64,000 nucleotides of DNA from an uncultured delta proteobacterium (GTDB lineage Bacteria > Myxococcota_A > Polyangia > Polyangiales > Polyangiaceae): positions 1,056,001-1,120,000 of the forward strand of contig CAWDXG010000004.1 in assembly GCA_963806225.1 (NCBI GenBank), written 5' to 3'. The position numbers and the translations under genes are program-made. The notes beneath the pieces are model-generated. The model had not been told where the DNA came from. It saw nothing but the letters and a program-made list of their open reading frames with translations, and made no database searches. Shown here piece by piece: positions 10,166 to 23,037 of this stretch (positions are counted from its first letter, which is position 1; each line of letters begins with the position of its first letter).

Positions 10166-11098
10166 TCAGGTCGACTCGTCGAGGAGCTCCGCAGCGCGGC
10201 CCCCCACGCCGTACGTCCCGCAGGGCTCCGGCAGCTTGGTAAGCACGCGGGCCATCACAACCGGGCGACCCAGACGGCTGCTCGCCACGGCGCTAGTGAC
10301 CTGCCCCACCTCGACGCCCTCGTTACCAGCGCTCACCGGCGTGCCGGGCTCCGGGACCGGGCCGTCCTCCACCGACAACGTCACCAGACGGCGTTTCACG
10401 CGGCCGCGCATGTCCTGCATGCACACGACTTCCTGTCCGAGGTAGCAGCCCTTCGTCCAGGAGACGGCCTTGCGATCCAGCGAGGCCTCGTGCGGGTTGT
10501 CCTCGGAAGTGTAGTCGACGCCGAAGACGGGCACGCCGCGCTCGATGCGCAGCTCGGCCCAGTCCGCCGGCTCCGCGCGCGCCACGTCGAAGCCCCCGGC
10601 CGACAAGAGCGCCTGCAACGTCGCCGCGGCCGCCGCGCGCGGCACGACCACGGCGGCGCCGCCGAGGCCCGTTGGATCGACCGCGGCCAGCACACCGCCT
10701 GTCGCCGGCACGACCGCGGAAGCCAGCTCGAACGCGCGCGGGCCGTGCAGCGAGAGCCAGGTCTGCTCGTTCGATCGCTCGAACAGCTCCGCGTCCTCCA
10801 TGATCAGGAATCTGTCCAGTGTCTCGAACAGCTGCGCCGCGCGATCCGCCGCAACGGACAGATACAGCGCTTCCTCCCCCGCGACGACGACCACGTCCGA
10901 CTGCACCTTGCCCTGCTTGGTCAGAAAAAGCCCCCAGGCGCCCTTGCCCGGGGACAGCGCTGCGGCATCGCACGTGACAAGCCCGTTGAGCCACGTGTAG
11001 CGCTCCGGCCCGGTGACGACGAGCGTCCCCCGATCGGACTCCTCTACGATCAGCGCGCCACGGCGCGCCGCCCGGCTGGCCTGGCTGGGTTCGCTCAT
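10166..11098 (-). CDS. ygfZ: Folate-binding YgfZ/GcvT-family protein
   Basis: KGCYLGQE signature; LVVTGPERYTWLNGLVTCD at the N-terminus. Confidence 0.85.
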   Translation of the reverse strand: MSEPSQASRAARRGALIVEESDRGTLVVTGPERYTWLNGLVTCDAAALSPGKGAWGLFLTKQGKVQSDVVVVAGEEALYLSVAADRAAQLFETLDRFLIMEDAELFERSNEQTWLSLHGPRAFELASAVVPATGGVLAAVDPTGLGGAAVVVPRAAAAATLQALLSAGGFDVARAEPADWAELRIERGVPVFGVDYTSEDNPHEASLDRKAVSWTKGCYLGQEVVCMQDMRGRVKRRLVTLSVEDGPVPEPGTPVSAGNEGVEVGQVTSAVASSRLGRPVVMARVLTKLPEPCGTYGVGGRAAELLDEST

Positions 11099-11155
11099 GC
11101 TCTTCGAGACGTAGTCTCCGCCGGCGCGGAGTCAAGCCGTGCGACCGAGGCCGGC

Positions 11156-11983
11156 TCAATCGAGGGGGACACCGTCCCGCTCGGTTGGATAGATCGGTCC
11201 GTCCTTGATGGTCACGTCCTCGACCTTGCCATCCGCATGCTTCACGGTCAGCGGCACGCCCAGGGAGGCGTTCGCGTTGACGAGACTCTGGGCGTCTCCC
11301 TCCTCCATCCGGCTCACGTCCTTGCCCTTGATGCGGAGGACCTGGTCGCCCCGCTTCAGCCCGACCCGGCCGGCAGGCGACGCCTTGATCACGCGGGTGA
11401 TGAAGATGTTGACGGTGCGGAGCTCGTAGTAGAAGCCGAGGCCTACGCGCGCATGCGCAGGCTCGACTACCAACGTGATGTGCGCGCCGGTGTCGCAGGA
11501 GACGTCGAGCGTGCCCGCGTTGACCGCCTCGCGAAAATCCGGAACGGACTTGACGCAGATCGGGTGGTCGTTGATGGGGTTCTCGTCCCACAGCTCGACC
11601 TGCACGCCGGTACCGGGCTTGATCCAGTAGTTTTCCCTCTTCTGGTCCGGCCACGTCGGCTGGAGCGTGTTGGACTGGGTCGGGGTATGGATGATTTCCC
11701 GGCCGCCGATTTTCAGGATCGCGTACGGATCGGGCTTCTCGCCACCGGTGGTGTCCCACGGACGCCCGTCGCGTGTCTTCGGCGGGATCTCCGCGGACTT
11801 GAACGTGATGAAGAACAGATTCGACGGCGGCGGGGGCTCGAGCTGGGCACCGGCGCGAGGCGCGTGAACCGGCGGATGCAGCTCGGGATAGACGGCAGGG
11901 CACCCGGCCAGCGGCACGCCCAACAGCGCGAGGCCGAGGCCCACAAGTCGCGACTTCCGACGCTGGACTCGAGGGCTCACCAT
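11156..11983 (-). CDS. Lipoprotein with C2-like domain and C-terminal PDZ domain
   Basis: Lipobox LAGC; WD..KPDPY..NTLQPTW..VELWDE (C2-like); [19 protein letters not shown] (PDZ). Confidence 0.7.
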   Translation of the reverse strand: MVSPRVQRRKSRLVGLGLALLGVPLAGCPAVYPELHPPVHAPRAGAQLEPPPPSNLFFITFKSAEIPPKTRDGRPWDTTGGEKPDPYAILKIGGREIIHTPTQSNTLQPTWPDQKRENYWIKPGTGVQVELWDENPINDHPICVKSVPDFREAVNAGTLDVSCDTGAHITLVVEPAHARVGLGFYYELRTVNIFITRVIKASPAGRVGLKRGDQVLRIKGKDVSRMEEGDAQSLVNANASLGVPLTVKHADGKVEDVTIKDGPIYPTERDGVPLD

Positions 11984-12080
11984 GCGCCGGAGGCTATCAC
12001 AGCGCCTGGGGCTGGCTAGGGGGAACCTCGGAGCTGCGCCGGCGCTTTTCGCTGCCCCGACTCTGCGCTATGCGCGGGGC

Positions 12081-13376
12081 ATGACGGATGCGGTCTCTAT
12101 CGACGCGCTCTCGGATCACGTGGGCGGCGTAGTCCAGCTCTCCGGCTGGCTCTACAACAAGCGCTCCAGCAAGAAGCTCCATTTCCTGGAGCTGCGCGAC
12201 GGCACGGGCATCGTCCAGTGTGTGGTGTTCAAGGGCGACGTAAGCCCGGAGCTCTTCGAACTGGCCGGGCGCCTCCCACAGGAAACGTCGCTGTCGCTCG
12301 TGGGCGAGGTGCGGGAGCATCCCAAGCACAAAGGAGTGTTCGAGATCGGCGTCAAGGAGCTGTCGGTGATCGCCGAGGCCGCGGAGTATCCCATCACTCC
12401 CAAGGAACACGGCACCGACTTCTTGATGGACCATCGCCACCTGTGGCTCCGCAGCAAGCGGCAGCACGCGATCGTCAGGGTGCGCCACGCGATCGTCCAG
12501 GCGATCCGCAACTTTTTCGACGACCGTGGTTTCACTCTGGTGGACGCGCCGATCTTCACGCCCAACGCGTGCGAAGGCACGAGCACGCTGTTCGAGACGG
12601 ACTACCACGGCCAGCCGGCGTATCTGACCCAGTCGGGACAGCTCTACATGGAGGCGGCTGCGGCCGCCTTCGGCAAGGTGTACTGCTTCGGACCGACGTT
12701 CCGTGCGGAGAAGAGCAAGACGCGGCGCCACCTGGCGGAGTTCTGGATGGTCGAGCCGGAGGTCGCCTTCATGGACCTCGCCGGGGACATGCAGCTCGCG
12801 GAGGATTTCCTGTGCGCGATCGTCTCGCACGTGCTGGCAACCCGACGCGCGGAGCTCGAGACACTCGAGCGCGACATCTCGAAGCTCGAATGCGTGAAAC
12901 CGCCGTTTTCGCGCATCACCTACCACGAGGCGATCGAGATCCTGCGCGAAGCGGGCCACGACGCGAAACCCGGCGATGATTTCGGTGGCGACGAGGAGAC
13001 CGTCATCAGCGCGCGCTTCGACCGACCGGTCATCGTGCACCGCTACCCGACCGCGCTGAAGGCGTTCTACATGAAGGCGGACCCGGAGAGCCCGGAGCTG
13101 GCCCTGTGCATGGACGTTCTTGCACCGGAGGGCTACGGCGAAATCATCGGCGGCGGCCAGCGCGAGGATGACCTCTCGACACTCGAAGGGAAGGTCGAAC
13201 AGCACCAGCTGCCGCGCGAAGCGTTCGAGTGGTACTTCGACATCCGCCGCTACGGGAGCGTCCCGCACGCGGGCTTCGGCCTCGGCGTCGAGCGCAGCGT
13301 GGCGTGGATCTGCGGGCTGCCGCATGTGCGGGAGACCATTCCGTTCCCCCGCATGTTGAACCGGCTGTCGCCCTGA
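12081..13376 (+). CDS. asnS: Asparagine--tRNA ligase
   Basis: OB fold (FLELRDGTG), [50 protein letters not shown]. Confidence 0.95.
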   Translation: MTDAVSIDALSDHVGGVVQLSGWLYNKRSSKKLHFLELRDGTGIVQCVVFKGDVSPELFELAGRLPQETSLSLVGEVREHPKHKGVFEIGVKELSVIAEAAEYPITPKEHGTDFLMDHRHLWLRSKRQHAIVRVRHAIVQAIRNFFDDRGFTLVDAPIFTPNACEGTSTLFETDYHGQPAYLTQSGQLYMEAAAAAFGKVYCFGPTFRAEKSKTRRHLAEFWMVEPEVAFMDLAGDMQLAEDFLCAIVSHVLATRRAELETLERDISKLECVKPPFSRITYHEAIEILREAGHDAKPGDDFGGDEETVISARFDRPVIVHRYPTALKAFYMKADPESPELALCMDVLAPEGYGEIIGGGQREDDLSTLEGKVEQHQLPREAFEWYFDIRRYGSVPHAGFGLGVERSVAWICGLPHVRETIPFPRMLNRLSP

Positions 13377-13800
13377 CGAGCCTCCGCGCTCCGGCGCGTG
13401 CCGTCCGCGCAGGCACCCGGAGGCGCGTCCGACCAGCACGGCGAAGTCGCGCGCTTGCGAAACCGCCTGGCCAGACGGCCGAGACGCGAAGCAGGCTCGC
13501 ACCCAACGCTCCGCCCGTGCGCTGGACGAGCACGGGCGGCGGCAGCGACTGTCAAGTGCGGCGGCGGGCCAATGAGAGCGCGAGCTTTTCCCGGCTGGCG
13601 CACGACATTTTACAAGCAACGTGCAGAGTGCGACGGGGCGCACTACATTTGAAATCGACGCGACCGGCAGCCGACAGCTCCACAACTTCTCCCCAACGCC
13701 GGGCCGCTCGATGAATCGAACACGCCATGACACAGTCGAACCGGATGATCAGGGTTGAACTGCGACGCCTACGCGCGCGCGCGGAGCACCGGAGGTAGTC

Positions 13801-14631
13801 ATGGCCCGGATGTTCGGCTTCATCGGCAATCGTTCTGACCTCGGTGCACGCGTGCTGGAGGTCAACGCCGATACGCTCAGGGTCAAGCGTCCCCAGGATC
13901 AGTCGCTCGGTTGGGGCGTGGGCTTCTACCAGTCCGGTGAGGTGCTCCTGAGGCGCCGCCCCCTCGACGAACGCGACGTCATCGATCTGGCCGAGGCGGC
14001 GGAGAACGTCCGCACCGATGTGCTCATCGGACACGTGCGGCGGGCCAGCGTCGGCTCGCTCCGGACCGAGAACACCCACCCCTTCCGCTACCGGATGTGG
14101 CTGTTCGCCCAGACCGGCACCATCGGCGGCTTCTTGCGCCTGCGCGAGCGCCTGCTGGCCTCCCAGCCCGAATTCCTGCGCCGCAACGTGCGGGGGGACA
14201 CCGACAGCGAGCTCTTCTTCTACCTCTTCCTGTCGTTCCTGCACGACGCCGGGCATCTCGACGAGGCGCACGTGGCGCCCGAGCACGTTGCCACGGCGCT
14301 CAGGGCATCGATTTCGCTGGTGGACCGGCTCTCGGCAGAGGAAGGGCACGGCGAGAACCGCGGTGATCTGCTGGTGACCAACGGGGAGCACATGATCGCG
14401 GTGCACCGCAACGGCGTGATGGCCTATCGGGTGCTTCACGGCCGTCACGACGTGGAAGAGCTGCTCGGCGAAGACGGGCTCAAGCAGGTCCGCATCCCGA
14501 GCGTCGATAGCACGCGGTTTTCACTGATCGCGTCGGAGCTCGACAACGTGCCGCCGGGCTGGACTCCGGTCGAAGGTCGGGCGATCGTCACGATGACGCG
14601 CACCGATGACCCGGTCACCGAGCCCCTGTAG
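13801..14631 (+). CDS. Class II glutamine amidotransferase-like protein (EgtC/YafJ family) lacking Cys2
   Basis: GGAGG RBS; GWGVGFY, IGHVRRASVG, ENTHPF, GDTDSE; N-terminus is MARMFG rather than MCR(L/M)FG. Confidence 0.8.
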   Translation: MARMFGFIGNRSDLGARVLEVNADTLRVKRPQDQSLGWGVGFYQSGEVLLRRRPLDERDVIDLAEAAENVRTDVLIGHVRRASVGSLRTENTHPFRYRMWLFAQTGTIGGFLRLRERLLASQPEFLRRNVRGDTDSELFFYLFLSFLHDAGHLDEAHVAPEHVATALRASISLVDRLSAEEGHGENRGDLLVTNGEHMIAVHRNGVMAYRVLHGRHDVEELLGEDGLKQVRIPSVDSTRFSLIASELDNVPPGWTPVEGRAIVTMTRTDDPVTEPL

Positions 14632-15301
14632 CCACACCCGCCCTCCCCGCGGCCCGCGCCGTGGGCTCGCCGCGGTCTGGGTCCTGGCTCTGCCTTGGCT
14701 GCTGGTGTCGGCATGCGGCGGCACGCGGCCCCTCAGGTTCCCCGCCGCCGGGCAGGAGTCCGACGCGCCCCGCCAGGCGCCCGGCGTCGCCTTCGACCCC
14801 GCACCGGAGATCCCGCCGGCTACGTCGTCGGGCAACCCTGCGCAGGGGCTCGTGGTTCTGCGTACGCCCGCGAACCCTGCGGCTGCACGCGAGGCCGTGC
14901 GCGAGTTCTTCCGCGCAGTCGTCGATGAAGCTCCCGACAAGCTGGACAATCTCATCGACGCCCAGGCCTACATCCAGACCGGCTCGGGTCACGGGCGAGT
15001 GCGCGCCCGCTCGTACTGGCAGCAGCGCCTTTCCCGCCTGGACTACGGGGCGCTGTCCGGGCAGCTGGTGTACCGCCCGAGCGCGGTCGAGACCTATCGC
15101 GCTGTCGATGTCCAACGGCTGCGCTCGACTCGCCATTTCCCGGTGTCGCCCGGAAACGACGACATCCTGATCCGCGTACCGATCGCAGTTCCGCGCGTCG
15201 GGAACACCCGGCTCTTCGGTGACGAGATCCTGTTCGTGCTCCATCCCCGGGCGCAGGGCTACGTCATCAGCGAGATGGTCGAGGACTTCCAGATCACATA
15301 G
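14606..15301 (+). CDS. Hypothetical lipoprotein (start uncertain)
   Basis: Hydrophobic stretch ending LVSAC; fills the gap between flanking genes. Confidence 0.55.
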   Translation: MTRSPSPCSHTRPPRGPRRGLAAVWVLALPWLLVSACGGTRPLRFPAAGQESDAPRQAPGVAFDPAPEIPPATSSGNPAQGLVVLRTPANPAAAREAVREFFRAVVDEAPDKLDNLIDAQAYIQTGSGHGRVRARSYWQQRLSRLDYGALSGQLVYRPSAVETYRAVDVQRLRSTRHFPVSPGNDDILIRVPIAVPRVGNTRLFGDEILFVLHPRAQGYVISEMVEDFQIT

Positions 15302-15351
15302 CGTCGCGATGCGCGGCGGAGCCGGCCCGGAGCAGAATCGCGACCGCCGAT

Positions 15352-16270
15352 CTAGTTCAAGCTCGACGCCCGGGAGAACGGCGGGTCGAGGCGGCCCTGT
15401 TCCTTCGCTTCCGCCAGGGCCCGGAGCGCGGTCCGGTAGCCGCGCATCATCAGCGAGCGCGCCGTGAAGCGATTGAGGTAGCCGAACATTCCGATGTCTG
15501 GCGCGATATCGATGAAGCGCGTGTGCGGATACTCGCGGGAGTACAGATCGACGCCGCGCCGCTCCTTTTCGGTGAGCACGATATTGAGCGACTGGTTGAG
15601 GACCTTGAACGGCCCGCGTCTCGCCACGCTACGCGCGTCGCTGCTGGTGTCCTCGGGCCGGTAGATGTTCGAGATGATGACGATATCGGCGCCCGCCTCC
15701 ACCGCCACATCGGCGGACAGCGTCCGCACCACCTCGCCGTCGAGGTGATAGCGGCCATGGATCTCGGTACGGGCGGAACAACCCGGGAATGCAGCACGAG
15801 GCAGCCACCGCCTGGCTGATCGGCGTGTCGGAATCGTAGCCGCGGCCGAAGACGACGCGCTGCGCGCGGTCGATGTCGACCGCCGTGATGATCAGCCGGT
15901 TGTCGACCTGGCGGAAGTCGTTGACCGGCAGATACCGCCTGAGATAGCGCTCCAGCCGGTCGATGGAAAACAGGCCGGAGGTCAGATACCCGGGATCGAG
16001 GAAGTCGCGCGGCCGGGGCGCGCCGAAAAAGGTGCTCATGTGCAGGCGCGGCCCGTTGTGCCGCCTCTGCCAGGGCAATCGGTAGCCGTCGACCAACACG
16101 TCGAGCGGGATGCCCTGTCCGTAGGTGGCCGCCACGATCGCGCCCGCGCTGGCGCCCACGAAGATCCCCGGGGACAGGCCAAGCTCCTCGCACGCGCGCA
16201 GGACGCCGAGGTGTGCGATGCCGCGCGCTGCTCCCCCCGTACCGACGAATGCGACTGTGGGCCTTTGCAT
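15352..16270 (-). CDS. Patatin-like phospholipase, frameshift near 15760
   Basis: GGAARGIAHLG, GASAG nucleophile motif, AVAASCCIPGLFRP; YHLDGEV continues in a different frame. Confidence 0.85.
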
Positions 16271-16478
16271 GGGCTGCCTCGAAGCTGATCTGGTTCCGAT
16301 CCAGGCCCCCCATGGCTACCCCGCAGCACTGCTGCACCGCCGGGCGACCCAGCTGATCGCCCATTGAACCTGGACGATCGGCATGAGCCACGCCAGCCAC
16401 AGTATAACGCAGCGCGTTGGCGTGGGGCCAGCTTTTCGCCGCGACGCGGGCAACCACGCGAAGGACCTGGGCGGGCCT

Positions 16479-16967
16479 TCACATGCCGGAGAGGATCTTG
16501 AAGCTCTCTCCGGCGGGCACGAGCTCGAGCCGATTGTCCGCGACCGTGCGGCGCCACACGTCGCCCTCTTTCGTCGGGATTTTGTAGCTCGCGCTGTACG
16601 TGAAGTCGACGTAGATGGTGTTGCGGCGACCCTTGCCCACGCTCCGATAGCGGATCTCGTAGCGGATCGCCTTGGTCTTCCGGAACTCGTCCTCGAGGTA
16701 CTTCTTGAGGCCCGCGTAGTCGAGGTCGTCGCTGGCGTCGATGTTGCCGCCGTCCTCGTAGTATCGAGGGTCCGCCATCTGCATCAGCAGCGCGATGTTG
16801 CGGTGCTCGACTGCGTGCCGGTAATCCTCGCAGAACTGGATCACGTGCCGGTTGAAGGTGGTGGCCTCAACGTCCGTGTTGGGGATCGTCGTCTTGGTGC
16901 AGCCGGACAGCACGGCCAAGGCCAGCAGGCCGACCAGCAGGAACAGGTGTCGGGCAGAGACTCGCAT
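16479..16967 (-). CDS. Conserved hypothetical lipoprotein (possibly NTF2-like)
   Basis: MRVSARHLFLLVGLLALAVLSGC lipobox; separate start within the long 16479-18938 ORF. Confidence 0.7.
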   Translation of the reverse strand: MRVSARHLFLLVGLLALAVLSGCTKTTIPNTDVEATTFNRHVIQFCEDYRHAVEHRNIALLMQMADPRYYEDGGNIDASDDLDYAGLKKYLEDEFRKTKAIRYEIRYRSVGKGRRNTIYVDFTYSASYKIPTKEGDVWRRTVADNRLELVPAGESFKILSGM

Positions 16968-17053
16968 TCGGTCGTCTTGAAAAACGCTCGGGTCACCGGA
17001 CGCATTCCGGCGCCGGGACACTGCCAGAAGGCGTGGGGAACGGGCAAGAGAGG

Positions 17054-18938
17054 TCATTTCCGTCCGGCTCCCGACGCATCGAGCGCCACCAGCAGGCTGG
17101 GCCATCCCGGCGCGGCTCCGCCGACCCGGCCGTCTGACCGCTCCGCCTCGGCGTGAACCCGGGCCAGCTGCTCCCGCACCGGACCTGCTTCCGGCCCGCG
17201 CCCCAGCAGGACCGCGATCGCTCCGGGTTCCGGCAGAACCCAACCCGCCGCAGACCAGATCCCCCGCACCACGGGAACCACGTCCTCCACCGCCACGACC
17301 AGCAGCGCCTCGGCGTCGCCGGTGGCGATCAGAATCCCAGCCCGCCAGGAGCGCCTCGGTAGCAGCCGCCGGACCGATGCCGACCGAGAAGCAGGGCCCC
17401 CGCAGGCCGAAGGCGATGGAGCATGCGCCTGGCGATAGATTCGGGGAAGTGCCCGGGAAGCGGCGCGGTTCCACGCCGCGGGCGCCACGGGATCGTCGGC
17501 GCTCGTCGAACTGGTCGTTGATGCCCAGCGTGGCAGCCGCGCTCCCGACCACAACGCCCGTGCGCTCCGGCAGCTCGCCGTCGAACTGTTCGAGCACACT
17601 GGCAACCGCGGCCACTACCAGAGAGCTCACCGCATCGAGCCGCGCGAGCTTGACGCGCTCCAATCGCGTCCGGGGCAGCACCGCGTCCACATCCAGGCTC
17701 TTCTGCGGCCGGCCAACGGCGAGCAGCCGCGGATGCGCCCGGGTACGAGCGCCGTCGCCGGCCTCGTCCCTGGCTCCCAGCACGAGCGCGGCATTCGCGC
17801 CGCCGAACGCAGCGGAGAGCTTCAAGCAGCGACGGGGGTTGCCCGACTCGTTCCGCGAAAGGAGCCGACCGCGAAACGCCGGGTCCAGCTCGCCCTCGCC
17901 AGCAGCGGCCGGCAGCACACCGCGCTCGATCGCATCGAGCCCCGCCAGGCTTTCCAGCGCGCCCCCCGCGCCCAGCGTGTGGCCGATGACGGCCTTGAAC
18001 GGATGCACCACGGCCCGCTCCACGCCGTCGCCGAGCGCAAGCTCCATTGCGCGGGCCTCGGCCGCGTCGTTGAAGGGTGTGCCCGTTGCATGCGCGCTCA
18101 CGAGCTCGACTGCGGCGACGCCGGCGTCGTCCAGCGCGGCGCGCGCGGCCCTGCCGAGGCCGCTGCCGCTCCGGTCCGGAGCGGTCGTGTGGACCGCGTC
18201 GCTGCTCGCCCCGAAGCCGAGCACGCGGCCGTACACGCGCTTCGCGCCGTGGCCGGGCAGCGCAAGCGCCACGAGCGCTGATCCTTCGCCCAGCGCCATA
18301 CCGTCGCGTCCCTGGCGGAACGGAGCCGAACGCGTCGCACTGGTCGCTCCGAGCGCCTCGAACCCGGCTGCGATGAACACCGACAGCGCATCGTAACCCC
18401 CCGCGATCACCAGATCGGCCTGGCCCAGTTCCAGACGACGGCACGCGAGCCCGACAGCGACGGTCGAGGAGGCGCAGGCCGCCAGGATCTGCGAGCGGAA
18501 GCAGAGCGGCACCTGGAGCTCTGCTTCGAGCGGCGCGATGGGTCCGAAGTAGGTCGCCGCTCTGGCCGCAGGAGCATCCAGCTTCTCGCCGCGCTCGAGC
18601 ACCTCGAAAGCGCGGAGCTGGCTCGGCATGCCGCCGCCGGAGGTCCCGATGACAAGACCGACGCGCCGCCTGCGCCAACCAGGACAGCCTGCATCGAGTT
18701 CCTCGAGCAGACCGCGCGCACTCCGCACGAGGAGAGCGGCCGCGCGGTCGAGCCCGGGCGGGATTTCCAGCCCGGCAACACGCGCTGCAAACGGACGCCT
18801 GAAGTCTGCGGCCGAGAGCTCCGGGTCCTCTGCGACCACGCTGCGGGCGGGCTCGCCGACTTCGCCGACGCTGTAGGCCGCTGGACCGTCACCAAGAGCC
18901 GAGACCGCGCCGACCGCGATCACCTCGGCGGGCTTCAT
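17054..18938 (-). CDS. Beta-ketoacyl-ACP synthase fused to a catalytically empty KS-like (CLF-like) domain; frameshift near 17333
   Basis: AACASS (Cys), VSAHATGT, VIGHTLGAGG, AFGGANAA; second domain ARLD..GVVVGS..PRRFPGTSPN. Confidence 0.8.
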
Positions 18939-21155
18939 GCGCTTGTCCCGGCCGCGACCAGCAACGTCAGGTACGTCCGCTCCCGCGCCCTGGAAGCGAC
19001 CAGCACCTCGTCGGCGGCGCCGCGGGCCACCAGGCCTGCGCCTGCGGCCAGCGCGAATCCGCCGATGCCTTCGTGCTGGCCGGCTGTGGCGACGACCTGG
19101 CGCCGTTCCACGGACGCCCAGGGCGAAGCGGCCAGCACGCTCTCGAAATCCGCATCGAACGCGCCCAGCACGACCAGTGCCTGCCCTTGCGGCGCCCGGA
19201 GCTCCGCCAGCGCGCCGGCTGGGTCCTTCCAGCTCTGCACGCTGGCCTCGATGGCCGCCTGTGCCTTCGCGCCGCGCGCCGCGGCCGCACTGCCGGATTC
19301 GACGACGACAAAGGCTGCGCCTTCGCTGCGGGGCACAGCGTCTGCGCCGGCATAGATGGGACCGAGTACGCCCGCGATGAACGGATCCTCGGCTTCGGAG
19401 CTGCCGGCGATCATGGCGGTGGCGAGCCCGGATTCCACGAAGGTGCGCGCCACCTCGAACCCCGCTTCCGCGCTGGTCACCAGATCACTGACACCCAGCA
19501 CCGGACCCATGAGCCCGAGGTAGATCGAGGCGTTGCCTGAAGGCGCGGACGGGACCAGATGCGGGAACTCGGCGGGACTCGCCATGCGCGGACCGCGCGA
19601 CGCCACCCGGCGCAGGAACTTCACCGAGCGCTCGACATTCCCGAACGCGGTGCCCGCCACCAATCCGACGCCGCCTGCATCGAGCTCTGCCGACGCCAGA
19701 GCGCGCTCCGCCCCTGCGCACAGCATCGCCGCAGCGCGGTCGAATCGCCGCGAACGCCCGCTGTCGAGCAGCGCCAGCGGATCGAGATCCAACCGCGACG
19801 GCACCGGGGACTCACCCGGCGTTGCGGGCGCGTAGTCGGCATTGCCCTCGCCCTCGACGACGCCCAGCGGGCCAACGCTGCCAGAGCCGGTGATCAACAG
19901 CCGCGGTTGCATAGGGCGATCGAGCCGGCGATCCGGCTCCGCGGCGTTGGAGAATGCGAGCACGGCGCCCGTGCCGCCAAACCCGAACGAGCTCGACAGC
20001 GCAGCCCTGAGCGGAGCGCGCACGCCGCGGCCCATGACGTGGCACAGCCCCGGCTCCGGGTCGGGCCGTTCAAGGCCCGCGGTCGGCGGCACTTCTCCGC
20101 GATGCGAGCGCGAGGACGGTGATCGCCGCTTCGATCGCGCCGGATGCGCCAAGCGTGTGGCCGACCTGCGCCTTGCTGGACGAGACCCTCACGCGAGCGC
20201 GGTGCTCGCCGAGCAGGCGCGCGAGCGCGCGCGCCTCCATCGCATCGTTCTGCTGCGTGCCCGTCCCGTGCGCGTTGACGTAGTCGAGCTGTTCCACCCC
20301 GAGACCGGCGCGCTCGAGCGCCATGGAAAGGAGCTTCTCCGGAATGGCCCCCGAGGGCTCCGGATGCGTGATGTGATGCGCTTCGGCGAGGATCGCGCAG
20401 GCATCGAACCACGCGAGGACCGTCGCACCCCGGGCTTCGGCCAGATGAGCAGGCTCGAGCAGAAGAAAGCCAGCCGCCTCGCCCAGCCCGAGCCCCGCGC
20501 GGGAGACGTCGAACGGCCGGCACAGCTCCGGGTCCACGGCACCCAGCGAGTTGAATCCGGTGAAGGTGAGCCGGCACAGGCCGTCGGTGCCTCCCACGAG
20601 CACCCGCTCGCACACTCCCCGGTGCAACCAGGCTGCGCCCTGGGCGATCGCGATCGCGCCACTGGAGCACGCACTGCAGAGCGAGACCGCGCGCTCGACC
20701 GGACCCAGCGTCCGGGAGACGCGTTCGGCCGACGTCGAAAGCGGGTACGACAGGAGACGGCGCACCGCGTCCCCCGGCGCATCGACGGGCGGCAGGTCGG
20801 CCAGCACGGCTTCGGCCTCGAGCATGCCGCCCGTCGTGCCGCCCAATGCAAGCCCGATTCCGCTCGTGCCGGGCTCGAGTCCCGCCATCTGCAGTGCCTC
20901 GCGCGCTGCGACCACGGCCATCGCATCGCTGCGGGACCATGCGTCGGCTTCGCCGCGCGGAGCGATGTCGTGCACGCGCAGATCGCGGATCTCAGCGGCG
21001 ATATGGCTGTGCTGCCCCTCCACATCGAACAGCGTGACAGGCCCAAAACCGCGCTCGCCCGCCATCAGACGCGACATGCTCGTCGCGGAATCGGGACCGA
21101 GGGCCGAAACAATGCCCACTCCCGTCACCGCAAGTCGCTCGCGGGTGTTGCTCAT
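18935..21155 (-). CDS. Beta-ketoacyl-ACP synthase fused to a CLF-like domain; frameshift near 20105
   Basis: SACSSG (Cys), EAHHITHP, YVNAHGTGT, VGHTLGASG; PPTAG..SSSFGFGG and second domain RRFDR..SPAEFPHLVP share the downstream frame. Confidence 0.85.
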
Positions 21156-21225
21156 CGGGATCTGTCCGCGCGGCATGCCCGATACCTCGATGCGTCAAGG
21201 CACTCGTACACAGAGTCGCGGTGCA

Positions 21226-21489
21226 TCAGGCTGCGTTGGCCGCTGCGATGTGGTCCGCGATCGTCGCGACCGAAGCGAAGATCGCCTTCGCTTCCTCGCC
21301 TTCCGGAATGCGGACTCCGAAGCGCTCCTCGATCGCCATGGCGAGTTGCAGAGCGTCGAGCGAATCGAGGCCTAGCCCCTCCCCGAACAGTGGCGCGTCG
21401 TCGACAATGTCCGACTCCACGCGGTCCCTGAGATCAAGCTCCTCGATGAGGAGCCGTTTGATTGCCAGCTTCAGATCCTCGCGGTCCAT
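21226..21489 (-). CDS. Acyl carrier protein
   Basis: PLFGEGLGLDSLDALQLAM phosphopantetheine motif; 87 aa, acidic. Confidence 0.92.
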   Translation of the reverse strand: MDREDLKLAIKRLLIEELDLRDRVESDIVDDAPLFGEGLGLDSLDALQLAMAIEERFGVRIPEGEEAKAIFASVATIADHIAAANAA

Positions 21490-21699
21490 GCTTCAGGTAC
21501 GGGAGCAAAGCATAGCTTTGGCGGTCGCGCGAGGCTCCCGTTCAACGACCCGCGAGGAAGCGCTCCCGGGCGGCGGATTCCACGCGCTGTCCGACCCTGC
21601 CCAGGGGGCCGAACGGCCGATGCCGGGACCACTTCGGGGTCCGGAACGCTCCGTGTTGACTAGCATCAACTCCCCGCCGGCAGGCCGGCGGGGCCTGGA

Positions 21700-21795
21700 C
21701 ACGAGATGATGAAGGTGCTCGACGAAGCGCTCCTGGAGGCTCGCTTCGATCCGGGCGTGCGCGTGATCTGCTCACCGGCACGGGCGACAAGACGC
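21700..21795 (+). pseudogene. Crotonase (enoyl-CoA hydratase) gene fragment
   Basis: [23 protein letters not shown], then a one-base shift to LTGTGDK; no remainder of the gene. Confidence 0.5.
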
Positions 21796-21802
21796 CTGCA
21801 GC

Positions 21803-22827
<1,025 letters not shown>

Positions 22828-23037
22828 GTGATTTCCAGATGTTCCGGGTTGGCGGCCGCAACGGAGCGGCCCGGGCGGGGCGGCGGGTGCCGCCGGGCAG
22901 CGCAGCTTAGCACCCACGGAATCGATGCAATCAAGCCAGGATCGGCTCGACGACTGCTCCAGACCCGCGGGCCGGACCCCGGGCCTGGCGCCGTGGCAGT
23001 TGCGGGGACCCGGCCAGGCGTGTATCCGGACGCGACG

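Noticed and set aside
13440..13520. Weak resemblance to a c-di-GMP-I riboswitch (gcgaaacc..gacgcgaagc)
   Set aside because: The GAAA tetraloop stem and the second stem could not be built convincingly; an Infernal search would be needed.
16479..18938. Apparent ketosynthase-lipoprotein fusion (819 aa)
   Set aside because: Caused by a frameshift near 17333. The KS ends at 17054 and the lipoprotein has its own signal peptide from 16967.
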